Source of the DNA: a bacterium
GTDB taxonomy: Bacteria > Bacteroidota > Ignavibacteria > Kapaibacteriales > Kapaibacteriaceae
Direction of reading: 5' to 3'
Length of the DNA: 64,000 nt
Assembly (NCBI GenBank): GCA_036840065.1
Contig: DAITZZ010000003.1
Coordinates: 28,378-92,377, forward strand
In this document: piece after piece, positions 26,446-36,143 of the stretch
Layout: each line of letters begins with the position of its first letter
Position numbering within the stretch: position 1 is the first letter of the stretch
Translations under genes and position numbers: made by a program
The notes under the pieces: model-generated
The model's database searches: none
Told to the model about the DNA's origin: nothing
The model's input: the letters and a program-made list of their open reading frames with translations, nothing else

Positions 26446-28043
26446 TCGGCCATCATCTCACGCTTGAGCACATCGCACGGGAACTGAGTACTCTTCTCTG
26501 CGGTGCAACATTGGTGCGCGCATGGTCACAGCAGAAGGGTGTGGCCACGCTCGTTTTTGCCATGGGGTCAGATGAGATTCCGGTGGTCATCGACGTGCAT
26601 GCGAAGGATGCCTCGATCACGGTGCGTCAGAGTGCGCAGCGCGCGCTGCGCAATTGTATCGACATTTTTCCGGGGTTACTTGGCCAGAGTCTCGGCGCTG
26701 TGGTGAAACTCGAGCACGACCGGGTTATCAGCTTCATCTTTTCCCATGATGTCCTCCATGTAGAGCTTTTCAGCGCTGGCCGCGGCAACATCCTCTGCTG
26801 CCATGAGGCCATGGTGACCGATGCGCTGCACCGGAGGACGGAGCGCATCGGGCATGCCTTTTCGACGTTGCCTCGGGTCTCTGCCGAGCCTCTCGTTCGC
26901 GCTGAACTGACGCTGCTGCAGGATCTGTCAACGTGTGCGCATCGACTTGGCAAGCACTACGCGGAAGAAGTCTGCATCCGTGCCGGACTCAGCCCGTCGC
27001 TGCTGGTCGAGCAGCTCTCGGCAGATCAGCGAGAGCTCGTCACGGCATGCGTAGTGTCGCTCCTGGAGCAGTGCCGGACGTGCACGCAGTATCTAATCCT
27101 GCGGCGCGGCGACGACGTGCTGCTGTCGCTCATCCCGCTGCATGGCTGGCAGGTCGGCGAGAGTCATGACTCGGTGCTCGAGGCTGTGCGCATTGTCTCG
27201 TTCCGACGCCGCTCGGATCGTACATTTCGTGATGAACAGCAGCGTCAGCTGCGGTCGATCGACGCTCTGATCGGCAAGATCAGCCGCACCCTGCAGGCCG
27301 TTCTCGGCGATGAGGATGCTACGGGGCGCTCTGGTCGCTATCGCTCATGGGCTGACACACTGATGGCTCAGCAGGATATTCAGCGCACCGGGATGAATCA
27401 CCTCGAACTTGTTAACGTGGTCAGCGGCGAATCGGAGACGATTCCACTGCGGCGGGAATCGACGATTCTCGAAAATGCCACGGCGCTCTATGCCAAAGCT
27501 CGTGATGCCGAGCAGGCTGCTCGACGTCGAGAGCAGCGCATTCCGGAATTGCGACGTCGACTCGACGACCTCTACGGTGAGCGCAATCGTATCGCAGCAG
27601 CCCGGTCGCTTTCGGATCTCCCTAAACACCCGCCAGCCATGGATAACCAGCAGAACACTCGTACTCCCGTTTTCAGGGAGTTTCGACTTGATGACAAACA
27701 CACGCTCTATGTCGGCCGCAGTGCGGCAAACAACGACGAGCTAACGATGAAGTTTGCGCGGCAGCAGGACTGGTGGATGCACGTGCGGGGCGCGAGTGGT
27801 TCACATGCTGTGCTGCGGGGAGTGAGCGGTCCGAAGATCCCGAAGCAGATCCTAGAAGCAGCGGCGGCCATCACCGCCTATTACTCGCAGGCGCGCAATG
27901 CCTCCTACGTTCCTGTCGTTTACACGCAGCGCAAGTACGTCCGCAAGCCCAAGGGGGCGAACGTTGGAGCAGTAGTGATCGACCGCGAGCAGACCGTCAT
28001 GGTGCGTCCGTCTCTGCCCGAGGGCGCGATCAGCGAAGAATGA
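26442..28043 (+). CDS. NFACT-family protein (RqcH / FbpA-like ribosome quality control protein homolog)
   Basis: NFACT-N-like N-terminus (LEHIARELSTLLCGATLVRAWSQQKG…VELFSAGRGNILC), a central coiled coil (ARDAEQAARRREQRIPELRRRLDDLYGERNRI), and a C-terminal NFACT-R/DUF814 domain (LDDKHTLYVGRSAANNDELTMKFARQQDWWMHVRGASGSHAVLRG…AAAITAYYSQARNASYVPVVYTQRKYVRKPKGANVGAVVI). The start overlaps the preceding stop by 4 nt. Confidence 0.75.
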   Translation: MIGHHLTLEHIARELSTLLCGATLVRAWSQQKGVATLVFAMGSDEIPVVIDVHAKDASITVRQSAQRALRNCIDIFPGLLGQSLGAVVKLEHDRVISFIFSHDVLHVELFSAGRGNILCCHEAMVTDALHRRTERIGHAFSTLPRVSAEPLVRAELTLLQDLSTCAHRLGKHYAEEVCIRAGLSPSLLVEQLSADQRELVTACVVSLLEQCRTCTQYLILRRGDDVLLSLIPLHGWQVGESHDSVLEAVRIVSFRRRSDRTFRDEQQRQLRSIDALIGKISRTLQAVLGDEDATGRSGRYRSWADTLMAQQDIQRTGMNHLELVNVVSGESETIPLRRESTILENATALYAKARDAEQAARRREQRIPELRRRLDDLYGERNRIAAARSLSDLPKHPPAMDNQQNTRTPVFREFRLDDKHTLYVGRSAANNDELTMKFARQQDWWMHVRGASGSHAVLRGVSGPKIPKQILEAAAAITAYYSQARNASYVPVVYTQRKYVRKPKGANVGAVVIDREQTVMVRPSLPEGAISEE

Positions 28044-31000
28044 TCAGCAACGTGCGGCTCTGGCCCACGCGCAGGATGTAGGTCCCCTGCTCAAGGGCCG
28101 ACACATCGACTCCCTGCTCGGTCTGCGACGCAGGCAGCTGCCGCTGGTATACTACGCGTCCGTCCATAGCGGTGATCGAGATATCATGCAGGCCTCTGCC
28201 CGATCGGATGTGGATCATATCAGACGCCGGGTTGGGACCAACGTCGATGTTGTGGACAGACGAGCCCTCCGCGACGCTGACCGGCAGACCGGAGTATGTC
28301 ATCATGATCTGCGTGGGTGTAAGCAGCCCCCTATCGACATTGGCCGACACACCGGACTGGTTCAAGCGAAGAAAACCATTGTCGTTGATGCGTGCTGCGG
28401 ACCATTCCTCCGAGGTGCTCCACGACGAGCGAGTCAGGATGCCGTACGTCCTGTCAGTCGAATCATCGGCAAGAGCGCGTCGATCGCAGGAAAGACGCAT
28501 CCGTGCCAGCTCAGCGCCTCGCTGCGGACCAAAGACGTTCAGCACACGCCAGCTATGTTCAAGAGGATTCTGCTGTCCTGTCGCTCTGGCACCGGCTACC
28601 CGGTCAAAGGTGGTCATCACCAGTTCCACGTCGTCTGTAAGGGGCTTCTGGAGCTCGACGGTGTCCTCGGCAAATCCCGCCTGCCGAGCCCCCTTGGCAA
28701 GCCGCACGAGCTCGCTCGAACCGGACGCCACAAGTGCGCCCGAGGCGATGGGCCCGGAGCCCGATTGATAGCTCCCGTCGCGGCCGGCAACTTTGTCGTA
28801 GATCACTCCTCGTGAGCCCTCATTGAACTGGTAGTAGGCCATCAGTCCCTCGTCACCGCGACGTCGGGTAAGGTGCATGGATGTCCTGACGTCGAATTCG
28901 GTTAGACATCGGCTGTAGAGCGACACCTCGTCGATGGAGCCCGAGAAATTGCGGTCGCTCCAGTAGTGATAGGTTCCGAGCGTGAACACCAGTGATGACA
29001 GATCCAGTTTCGGCAGAGACGTTGCATCCTTGCTACCGATGCCATTGACGTACACCGTCGCACCGGTGCTGTCAATGGTCAACGCCACATGTGACCATTC
29101 ATCAGGGCGGAGGGTAAGACCCGAGCCCCACCACCATCGACCTCCTGACCAGAGGTATCCGAGCTCATTACGATCATTGACAAACTGCAGTCCTATTTCC
29201 TGCGATACACCGGGATCAGCATCCGTGCAGAGGATCGCCGAAAAATTGGGCTGCATGCCAACGGGCTTGACCCAGGCCGTGAAGCTGAACTCGCGCGTGG
29301 TGCCGGAGTAGCGGCCCAGCGTGATATGATCCTGCGCACCCGACAGGTCTGCCGCATTGCCTGCTTCGGCTGCGAAGACCTCGCACTCACTCGGCAGCAC
29401 CGTGATGGCATCCTTCATCAATGCTGTGTCGGCTCCGTATTCGTTCTCAACGATGAGACGCACGTCATACGTGCCGGGTGCTGAGTAGAGGACGTTCACA
29501 ACCGGGAGGGCAGACTCCGACGGCTTACCCGATGGGAACTGCCAGCGACGTCGGAAGGCCGCAGTTTCAATGGCCGCTGACCGGCAGCCGAACCGCACGG
29601 GATGGCGCGCACATCGAACGGTATCGGTGTCCATCGAGATCAATGCACGGGGCTTGGTCGACATGGGGAGATCGATCTGCCACAGTCCGCGGTTGGTAGC
29701 GATGCGAAGTCGGGATCCCGGGTCATCAATGTGCAGGAAGTTCACATCGGAAATGGGAAGCCCCCTACCGAAGAGGGCCCACCTGGTTTGCGGCGTGTAC
29801 CGATAGACGCCATAACTCGTCCCGGCGTAGAGTTCACCCGATGTGCCGCGGCGGCTCACCAGCGTGAAGATCGCGAACGCTGGAAGCCCGTCAGAAAGCG
29901 ATGCCCAGGTCTGTCCTGCATCGGAGGTTTCGGCAACCTTCACCTTGTTTTGATTGCCTCCAAAGGCCACGTACAGTCGAGAGGAGACGTCGTCATCGAA
30001 GGCAACATCTACCATTCCCTGCCCACGAGAAACACTCTCCTTCGGCGTGATATTCGTCCAGCTCACTCCGGCATCAAGACTCTGCCAGAGCTCAGCGTCG
30101 GCAATAGCAACAATGTGATTGCCATTCTCGGGGTGCACACGCACGCGTGATACGTAGCGTGCAAACGTCTTCAGCGTCGTCCACGAGCTGGCATTATCGT
30201 CGCTGAGAACCACGCGTTGTGTGGCGTGATCAGCGGCAATGATGCGGAAGTAGCGCACCGGGTCGAACTCGATGTTGTTCATCGTCAGATAGCCAAGATC
30301 GATTCCCAGCTCCGAGGAGGAAGGGGGCAGAAGCTTTGATCGCGTGCGTCGCACGCGGACGTTGCCCCAGGGCTTGGCATAGATCCATTCACTGGCAACC
30401 GGGTTGACGTTTGCACCCATGGCGTCTGCCCCGGCCCACGGATACCAGCCTCCCATGGGGAACTCAGCCGTGTAGACGGTCGTGTCACGAAAGAACGTCG
30501 GCAGGTGATAGGCCCCCATGGCCATGATGTGTCCGTCGTGCGACTGATCAAAGCCCCAGACCTCCGCGGCACTGATGCCGAAACTGCGCTCGGAGATCGA
30601 CCCGCCGCGGTTACTGCTGAGTGTTATCCCGCCGTCATGCGTAAGCCAGACCGAATCGCCGACAACCGATGCGGATTGAATGTCGTAGTGCATCGGAGGA
30701 AATGTTCGCCAGTTGCGACCACCGTCGCTGGAGCGATACGGGAAAATGCCGGCAGCAACCATGAACTGCGGATCCCGCGATGAGATCGCAAACCCCATAT
30801 CCCAGGTGACCTGTCCCAGCCCCTTGCCGTCGATATCGTAGTCGAAGATATTCGGGTTCGTCCCACGGTTCGTTGCTTCCGGACCGTCAACGTTTCCGCA
30901 GCAGCGGTGCTCAAAGGTCGACCCTTCATCGGTGGAAACGTACAATCCATAGACGCCGCCGAATTCACCGGCAGAGCCGGCGATCATGACGCTTACCATC

Positions 31001-32022
31001 CCGGGCGATGCCGGCGTGACGGCCAGCAATGCCCGCGCCATCGACATGCCTGGCCGAGCAGCCGGATAGCCCTGACCAGTGGGATTGAACTTCACGCCCG
31101 AGCTTGTTGACCTCACGAAGCTGATGTGCGATTCGATCTGCACGAGGCCGTAGGCAACGTCACTGCGCTCGGGATGCCACAGCAAGTCCCACCATGTGCC
31201 GATCATGTTGCTGGCCGACTTCCATGTCGATCCTGCGTCGGTCGACAGGAACAAACGTCCGATCGTTGCAATCACTACACGCCGGGCATTGTTCGGGTCG
31301 ACGGCGCAGAGATCCACTGCCACCGCCTGCGTAAGGGCAAGGTCCCCCTCGAGAGAAACGCGACGAAACGTCAGCCCCGTGTCGGTAGACACGTACAGGC
31401 CGGCGCTGGTGGCGGCATACACCGTATCGTTCGCAACCGTGAACCGTTGAACACTCTGGATCGGCTCGTCCTGAGCGATCGCCGACCAGGTGCGCCCGGC
31501 ATCCGTGCTGCGCCATATGCCGGCAGAAATCGTTCCAGCAAGAATCAGCTCCGGCTGCCCGGGCCAGACAAGATGTGTTCGCACCACACCGATGCCCTGC
31601 GAACCGGTCTGCAGCACGGCGTCCGTGTCCCAGCCGAATGGACCGAGGGCCTGCCACTGTGGCTCAGAGCTTTGCACATTCTCCGAGGCACTCTTGCGCC
31701 GAAGGGACTCGCGCAGGATCTCGCCGATTGGCGGCCTCAGGGGGCCGATGTTGCCGCGCGCGTCAGCGTGAGGGAGACGTTCGGAGATCCAGCGCCGAGC
31801 CGCGCGAACCTGTCTGCTCGCCCCCTGACCGTGCGTGGAAGAGTCCCGCTGCAGAAGCGTCAGGACATCGAAGACATTGGGATGGTCGGCCTCGACAAGC
31901 CGATACCACTGCGAATGACGGTGTTGAGGATTATCCGGCAGACGCTCATCGTTGCGACTCGCTCCGGCCGCAGCCGACGTCAGCAACGGCAGAAGAATGA
32001 CGAGAAACGCATAAACCGGCAT
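28030..32022 (-). CDS. Giant secreted protein (1330 aa): BNR/Asp-box beta-propeller repeats, LamG/ConA-like domain, T9SS C-terminal sorting domain
   Basis: Signal peptide MPVYAFLVILLPLLTSAAAGA. At least 8 Asp-box motifs (STDAGRTWSA, STDTGLTF, STDAGSTWKS, STDEGSTFEH, SSDGGRNWRT, SDDNASSWTT, SLDAGVSWTN, TSDAGQTWAS). A LamG-like segment (…GLQFVNDRNELGYLWSGGRWWWGSGLTLRPDEWSHVALTID…). The C-terminal T9SS tail GPNPASDMIHIRSGRGLHDISITAMDGRVVYQRQL…GTYILRVGQSRTLLIILR. Confidence 0.85.
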   Translation of the reverse strand: MPVYAFLVILLPLLTSAAAGASRNDERLPDNPQHRHSQWYRLVEADHPNVFDVLTLLQRDSSTHGQGASRQVRAARRWISERLPHADARGNIGPLRPPIGEILRESLRRKSASENVQSSEPQWQALGPFGWDTDAVLQTGSQGIGVVRTHLVWPGQPELILAGTISAGIWRSTDAGRTWSAIAQDEPIQSVQRFTVANDTVYAATSAGLYVSTDTGLTFRRVSLEGDLALTQAVAVDLCAVDPNNARRVVIATIGRLFLSTDAGSTWKSASNMIGTWWDLLWHPERSDVAYGLVQIESHISFVRSTSSGVKFNPTGQGYPAARPGMSMARALLAVTPASPGMVSVMIAGSAGEFGGVYGLYVSTDEGSTFEHRCCGNVDGPEATNRGTNPNIFDYDIDGKGLGQVTWDMGFAISSRDPQFMVAAGIFPYRSSDGGRNWRTFPPMHYDIQSASVVGDSVWLTHDGGITLSSNRGGSISERSFGISAAEVWGFDQSHDGHIMAMGAYHLPTFFRDTTVYTAEFPMGGWYPWAGADAMGANVNPVASEWIYAKPWGNVRVRRTRSKLLPPSSSELGIDLGYLTMNNIEFDPVRYFRIIAADHATQRVVLSDDNASSWTTLKTFARYVSRVRVHPENGNHIVAIADAELWQSLDAGVSWTNITPKESVSRGQGMVDVAFDDDVSSRLYVAFGGNQNKVKVAETSDAGQTWASLSDGLPAFAIFTLVSRRGTSGELYAGTSYGVYRYTPQTRWALFGRGLPISDVNFLHIDDPGSRLRIATNRGLWQIDLPMSTKPRALISMDTDTVRCARHPVRFGCRSAAIETAAFRRRWQFPSGKPSESALPVVNVLYSAPGTYDVRLIVENEYGADTALMKDAITVLPSECEVFAAEAGNAADLSGAQDHITLGRYSGTTREFSFTAWVKPVGMQPNFSAILCTDADPGVSQEIGLQFVNDRNELGYLWSGGRWWWGSGLTLRPDEWSHVALTIDSTGATVYVNGIGSKDATSLPKLDLSSLVFTLGTYHYWSDRNFSGSIDEVSLYSRCLTEFDVRTSMHLTRRRGDEGLMAYYQFNEGSRGVIYDKVAGRDGSYQSGSGPIASGALVASGSSELVRLAKGARQAGFAEDTVELQKPLTDDVELVMTTFDRVAGARATGQQNPLEHSWRVLNVFGPQRGAELARMRLSCDRRALADDSTDRTYGILTRSSWSTSEEWSAARINDNGFLRLNQSGVSANVDRGLLTPTQIMMTYSGLPVSVAEGSSVHNIDVGPNPASDMIHIRSGRGLHDISITAMDGRVVYQRQLPASQTEQGVDVSALEQGTYILRVGQSRTLLIILR

Positions 32023-32037
32023 TGCGCTGGTCGGGCG

Positions 32038-34155
32038 TCAGTCGTTGAGGATCATGAACTCGACGCGTCGGTTGCGGCGTCGGCCATCTTCTGTTGCGTT
32101 ATCGTAGATAGGCTTTGACGCTCCATAAGCCATAACCGTCATGCGCTTTTCGTCGATGCCCTTTGCCACGAGATACTCCTTCACCGACGTCACGCGAAGA
32201 CGCGACAGCTCCTTATTCGCCGCTGCGCTGCCGACGTTGTCTGTATGCCCGCCCAGCTCGACGGTGATCCGCGGCTTGTCCTTGAGAAACTGCACAAAAC
32301 GGTCCAACTCGGCGAACGATTCCGGACGGATCGTTGCCATGCGGAACTCGAAGAACAGGTTATTGAGCGTCACCACCTGATTCTTTACGATCGGTGCCAG
32401 GAAGAGATCCTTGTTGATCTCCGAATACTCCGAGAGCTTTCGCGTGTCCAGCTGATCACTCACCGGATAGAAGCCGTCAAGCTCGGCGCGGAAACCATAG
32501 AGGTCGCCCACCGGAAGAACGATCGAGTAGGCGCCGTTGGTTGGTTCAGAGCGGGCAATGCCGACTTCTTTTCCCTTGGTCAGACTCTCGTAGGTGACGG
32601 CGGCGGCAAGGGGCTTTTTCGTAGCAGCATTGAGTACTCGCCCACTGATAAGGGCCACGGGAAGGGGCTTGAGACCCTTTGCCAGCTTTATTCGATACAG
32701 ATCCGAGCTTCCGTCTTCGGGACTTGCAGCGCTGAAGTATGCGTAGTCGGCCTTTGCCGGAATGGTAAAGTAGGCATCCCACGTCGGTGTATTGATCACA
32801 GGACCGACGTTCTTCGGCTCGCTCCAATTTGTCCAGGTGTCATCGAGGCGACGCGACATCCAGATGTCCATATCGCCGTATCCCTTGCGTCCATCAGTGG
32901 CGAAGAAGACCGTCGATCCGTCGGCAGCGATGAACGGAGATATCTCATTGCCCCATGTATTGAGCGACGGACCGCAGTTGACCGGTTCGGTGAACATGCC
33001 ATTGCTTTTGCGACGCGAGATGTAGAGGTCCTTCTGCCCGAGTCCGTCACTTCGCTGCACAGCCATCATCAGAATCATCCCCGTCGGATCGAGGCACAGC
33101 TCGGAGTATTCATCTTCATTGTAATACTTGTCGACCTTGACCTCCGTCGGGATACTCCAGCCCCTATCTGTCATGTACGTCGCCGAAATGCCCGATCCCT
33201 TCGGGGCACCGTTGGAGTAGTAGGTGTTGCCAATGATCGCAGAGTTGCGATCGGGCGCTATGCTGACCAGAAAATTCGAACTGTAGTTGTTCAGCGGCGG
33301 GCCCTGGTTCTTTGCCGGACCCCACGTGCCATCGGGCTGAAGATCGGTGTACCAGATGTCTTCCGTTGCCGTATCGCCGATGTTATCACGGTGCGGATAG
33401 CGACCGAAATACAGGCGCTTGCCGTCTGCAGTGATCACCGGAGAGATGTCACCGCCCGTGCTGTTGACCTGCGGACCAAGACTCTCCGGCTCGCCGAGGA
33501 CGATCTCATCCTCGATGATCCTGATGGAATCCTGTGCCTGGCGGATGTGCATTTCGTCGACCTCTACAACAACCTGAGGACCGACGATCAGGCCGATCTT
33601 GCTCCCGAAAATCGGAGGGGGCTGAAAGGCAAACAGCGTCGCACCGTTGAACAGAACGCTCATGCCCAGGCCGCGCTTGCGAACCGTGATGGTAAACCAG
33701 GTCTGCATCGGTGGCAGGCCCTCGAACGGCGTCCACGGCTGCACATCCGTCACGCTACCGTTGCGCAGCGAATACACACGGTAGCGACCGGAGCCGCTGA
33801 TCAGCAGGGCGTTATGACTGAACCCTTCGCGCGCACCCCAGAAAAAACCGAACGCTGAATTCGTCGTCCCGGTGACCTGACGGAGCTTGAGCTCAACGTC
33901 GAAGTCCTTGCCGTAGTCCAAAAAGTACCCCACTTCGCTGAGCAGGTCAGATGTGGCCGAACGCTGGTCGATCCGATACACGCCGGAGACCACCGACGCA
34001 CTGCGTCCCAGCGAGCCCCCTTCGATCCAGCCCCCCACGTTCTCGTCGAACGGATCGTGGTACGCAACTGGCAATGGTTGGGCAAATGCGGCCGCAGCCG
34101 ACATCACCAGTAGTGCCGGAAGAAGGAGGAATCTCTGTATGCGATGCGTGATCAT
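32038..34155 (-). CDS. OmpA-family protein with TolB-like PD40 beta-propeller repeats and C-terminal OmpA peptidoglycan-binding domain
   Basis: Signal peptide MITHRIQRFLLLPALLVMSAAAAFAQ (Met27 of the track ORF). PD40-type repeats (…RLYFGRYPH…, …STVFFATDGRKGYGDMDIWMS…). The C-terminal OmpA motif TVELGGHTDNVGSAAANKELSRLRVTSVKEYLVAKGIDEKRMTVMAYGASKP…NRRVEF. Confidence 0.85.
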   Translation of the reverse strand: MITHRIQRFLLLPALLVMSAAAAFAQPLPVAYHDPFDENVGGWIEGGSLGRSASVVSGVYRIDQRSATSDLLSEVGYFLDYGKDFDVELKLRQVTGTTNSAFGFFWGAREGFSHNALLISGSGRYRVYSLRNGSVTDVQPWTPFEGLPPMQTWFTITVRKRGLGMSVLFNGATLFAFQPPPIFGSKIGLIVGPQVVVEVDEMHIRQAQDSIRIIEDEIVLGEPESLGPQVNSTGGDISPVITADGKRLYFGRYPHRDNIGDTATEDIWYTDLQPDGTWGPAKNQGPPLNNYSSNFLVSIAPDRNSAIIGNTYYSNGAPKGSGISATYMTDRGWSIPTEVKVDKYYNEDEYSELCLDPTGMILMMAVQRSDGLGQKDLYISRRKSNGMFTEPVNCGPSLNTWGNEISPFIAADGSTVFFATDGRKGYGDMDIWMSRRLDDTWTNWSEPKNVGPVINTPTWDAYFTIPAKADYAYFSAASPEDGSSDLYRIKLAKGLKPLPVALISGRVLNAATKKPLAAAVTYESLTKGKEVGIARSEPTNGAYSIVLPVGDLYGFRAELDGFYPVSDQLDTRKLSEYSEINKDLFLAPIVKNQVVTLNNLFFEFRMATIRPESFAELDRFVQFLKDKPRITVELGGHTDNVGSAAANKELSRLRVTSVKEYLVAKGIDEKRMTVMAYGASKPIYDNATEDGRRRNRRVEFMILND

Positions 34156-34183
34156 GGGAATCCCGATGACGTTATCCGTCAAA

Positions 34184-36079
34184 CTAATCCTCGAGGTATG
34201 TGTACCCGTAAAGTCCGGAACGGTAGATCGCAAGGAACTCCTTCCCTTCCTGTACGGTGATCTTCTTACTCTTGACCGACGCGCTCACCCATGCTTCCAT
34301 CGTACGTACAAGTTTCTTGGCATCAAACTGCACATAGTCAAGAACGTCGGCCACGGTCTCACCGTGAATGATCTGTTCGATTTCGTACTTATCACCACGA
34401 ACCGTCACGTGCACCGCGTTCGTGTCGCCGAAAAGGTTGTGCAGATCGCCCAAGATCTCCTGGTACGCCCCGACGAGGAAGACGGCAAGGTAATACTCCT
34501 GGCCCGTAACCAGCGGGTGCACCGGAAGCATAGACGTATAATCACGCGTTCCAATGAAATGATCGACCTTGCCGTCCGAGTCGCAGGTAATGTCCTGCAA
34601 CGTTGCCATGCGCGTAGGACGTTCCTGCAGGCGGTGGATCGGCATGATCGGGAACAGCTGATCGATGGCCCACGAATCTGGCAGCGACTGGAACAGCGAG
34701 AAATTGCAGAAGTACTTATCGGCAAGAAGCTTCGGAAGGGATCGCAACTCTTCGGGAACAACCTTGAGCTCACCGGTCATTTCCGAGATACGCTGCGCTA
34801 TGGTCCAGTAAAGCCGTTCGACCTGGGCGCGCGTGCGAATGTCGATCAGTCCCAGCGAAAATCGGTCGAGCGTTTCCTCCCGCAGCTGCTGCGCATCGTG
34901 CCAGGCCTCGAGCATGGTGCGGCTGTTGAGAGCCGTCATGATCTCGTGCAGCTCACGAACCAGTTCGTGATCTTTCTTCGACACGCGGTCGCGAGAGCTC
35001 CATGTTGGCACGCTGGCCGTCTCAAGGACGTTGAAGACCAGCACCGAGTGATGCGCCGTCAGCGCACGGCCGGACTCGGTGATGATATGCGGATGCGGAA
35101 GAGAGGCCTTCCCTGCCGCGTCGGTAATGGCACTGATGGCATCGTTGGCGTACTCCTGAATCGAGTAGTTGATGCTTGAGGCAACGCTGCTGCGCGTACC
35201 GTCATAGTCGACGCCCAGGCCGCCGCCGATATCGACGAATTCAATCTGACAGCCCATGGCCATCAACTGGACGTAGAACTGCGAGACCTCGCTCAGTCCC
35301 TGCTTGATCTTGCGGATGTTCGTGATCTGCGATCCGAGGTGGAAGTGGATCAGCTTCATGCAGTCAAGCATGTCGCTGGCGCGGGCGTACTCGACCGCTT
35401 CGAGAAGTTCCGAAGCATTCAGACCAAACTTTGACTGGTCGCCCCCTGACTCTTCCCACTTGCCGCTACCGCTGGAGGCGAGCTTGATGCGGATACCGAT
35501 ATTGGGCCGCACTCCGACACGCTTCGACACCTCGTTGATCAGACGCAGCTCGTTGAGTTTCTCCACAACAAGAAAGATGCGCTTGCCCATCTTCTGCGCC
35601 AGCAGCGCAAGCTCGATGAACTCTTCGTCCTTGTAGCCGTTGCAGACGATCAGCGCTTCGCTGTTGTCCATGATCGCCAGCACGGCATGCAGTTCCGGCT
35701 TCGAACCGGCCTCGAGACCGATGTTGAACCGTTTTCCGTGGCGTACTAATTCTTCGACCACCGGACGCTGCTGGTTGACCTTGATCGGGTATACACTGTA
35801 GTACGTCCCGGTGAACTCGTACTCGGCGGCAGCCTTCTTGAAGCACTCGGAGATCTTCTCGATGCGGTCATCGAGAATATCCGGGAAGCGCAGCAAGACC
35901 GGAGAGCTGACGTCACGCAGCAACAACTCATCGACCAATTCCTTCAGGTCGATCTGTGGCCCCTTGGTCTTGCGCGGGGCAGCCACCACGTGACCTTTGG
36001 AATTAATCCCAAAGTAGCCGATTCCCCAGCCGGGTACATTGTATACCTCGAGGGAGTCCTCAACGCGCCATTTGCGCAT
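34184..36079 (-). CDS. speA: Biosynthetic arginine decarboxylase
   Basis: MRKWRVEDSLEVYNVPGWGIGYFGINSKGHVVAAP… and a full-length (~630 aa) fold-III PLP decarboxylase. The start is Met43 of the track ORF; the upstream part of that ORF overlaps the divergent fur region. Confidence 0.9.
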   Translation of the reverse strand: MRKWRVEDSLEVYNVPGWGIGYFGINSKGHVVAAPRKTKGPQIDLKELVDELLLRDVSSPVLLRFPDILDDRIEKISECFKKAAAEYEFTGTYYSVYPIKVNQQRPVVEELVRHGKRFNIGLEAGSKPELHAVLAIMDNSEALIVCNGYKDEEFIELALLAQKMGKRIFLVVEKLNELRLINEVSKRVGVRPNIGIRIKLASSGSGKWEESGGDQSKFGLNASELLEAVEYARASDMLDCMKLIHFHLGSQITNIRKIKQGLSEVSQFYVQLMAMGCQIEFVDIGGGLGVDYDGTRSSVASSINYSIQEYANDAISAITDAAGKASLPHPHIITESGRALTAHHSVLVFNVLETASVPTWSSRDRVSKKDHELVRELHEIMTALNSRTMLEAWHDAQQLREETLDRFSLGLIDIRTRAQVERLYWTIAQRISEMTGELKVVPEELRSLPKLLADKYFCNFSLFQSLPDSWAIDQLFPIMPIHRLQERPTRMATLQDITCDSDGKVDHFIGTRDYTSMLPVHPLVTGQEYYLAVFLVGAYQEILGDLHNLFGDTNAVHVTVRGDKYEIEQIIHGETVADVLDYVQFDAKKLVRTMEAWVSASVKSKKITVQEGKEFLAIYRSGLYGYTYLED

Positions 36080-36130
36080 AGGCCCTGCTTGTTGTTTCGT
36101 GGAAAATGAAAGCGCAAAACTACGCACAAG

Positions 36131-36138
36131 TATATTTG
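36131..36138 (+). promoter_or_regulatory. Bacteroidota-type -7 promoter element (TAnnTTTG) a few nt upstream of the fur start codon
   Basis: The sequence ...gtatatttgtgcccATG contains TATATTTG ~6 nt before the fur ATG. A similar TAtcTTTG lies just upstream of the murI start (~50058-50065). The coordinates are approximate. Confidence 0.4.
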
Positions 36139-36143
36139 TGCCC

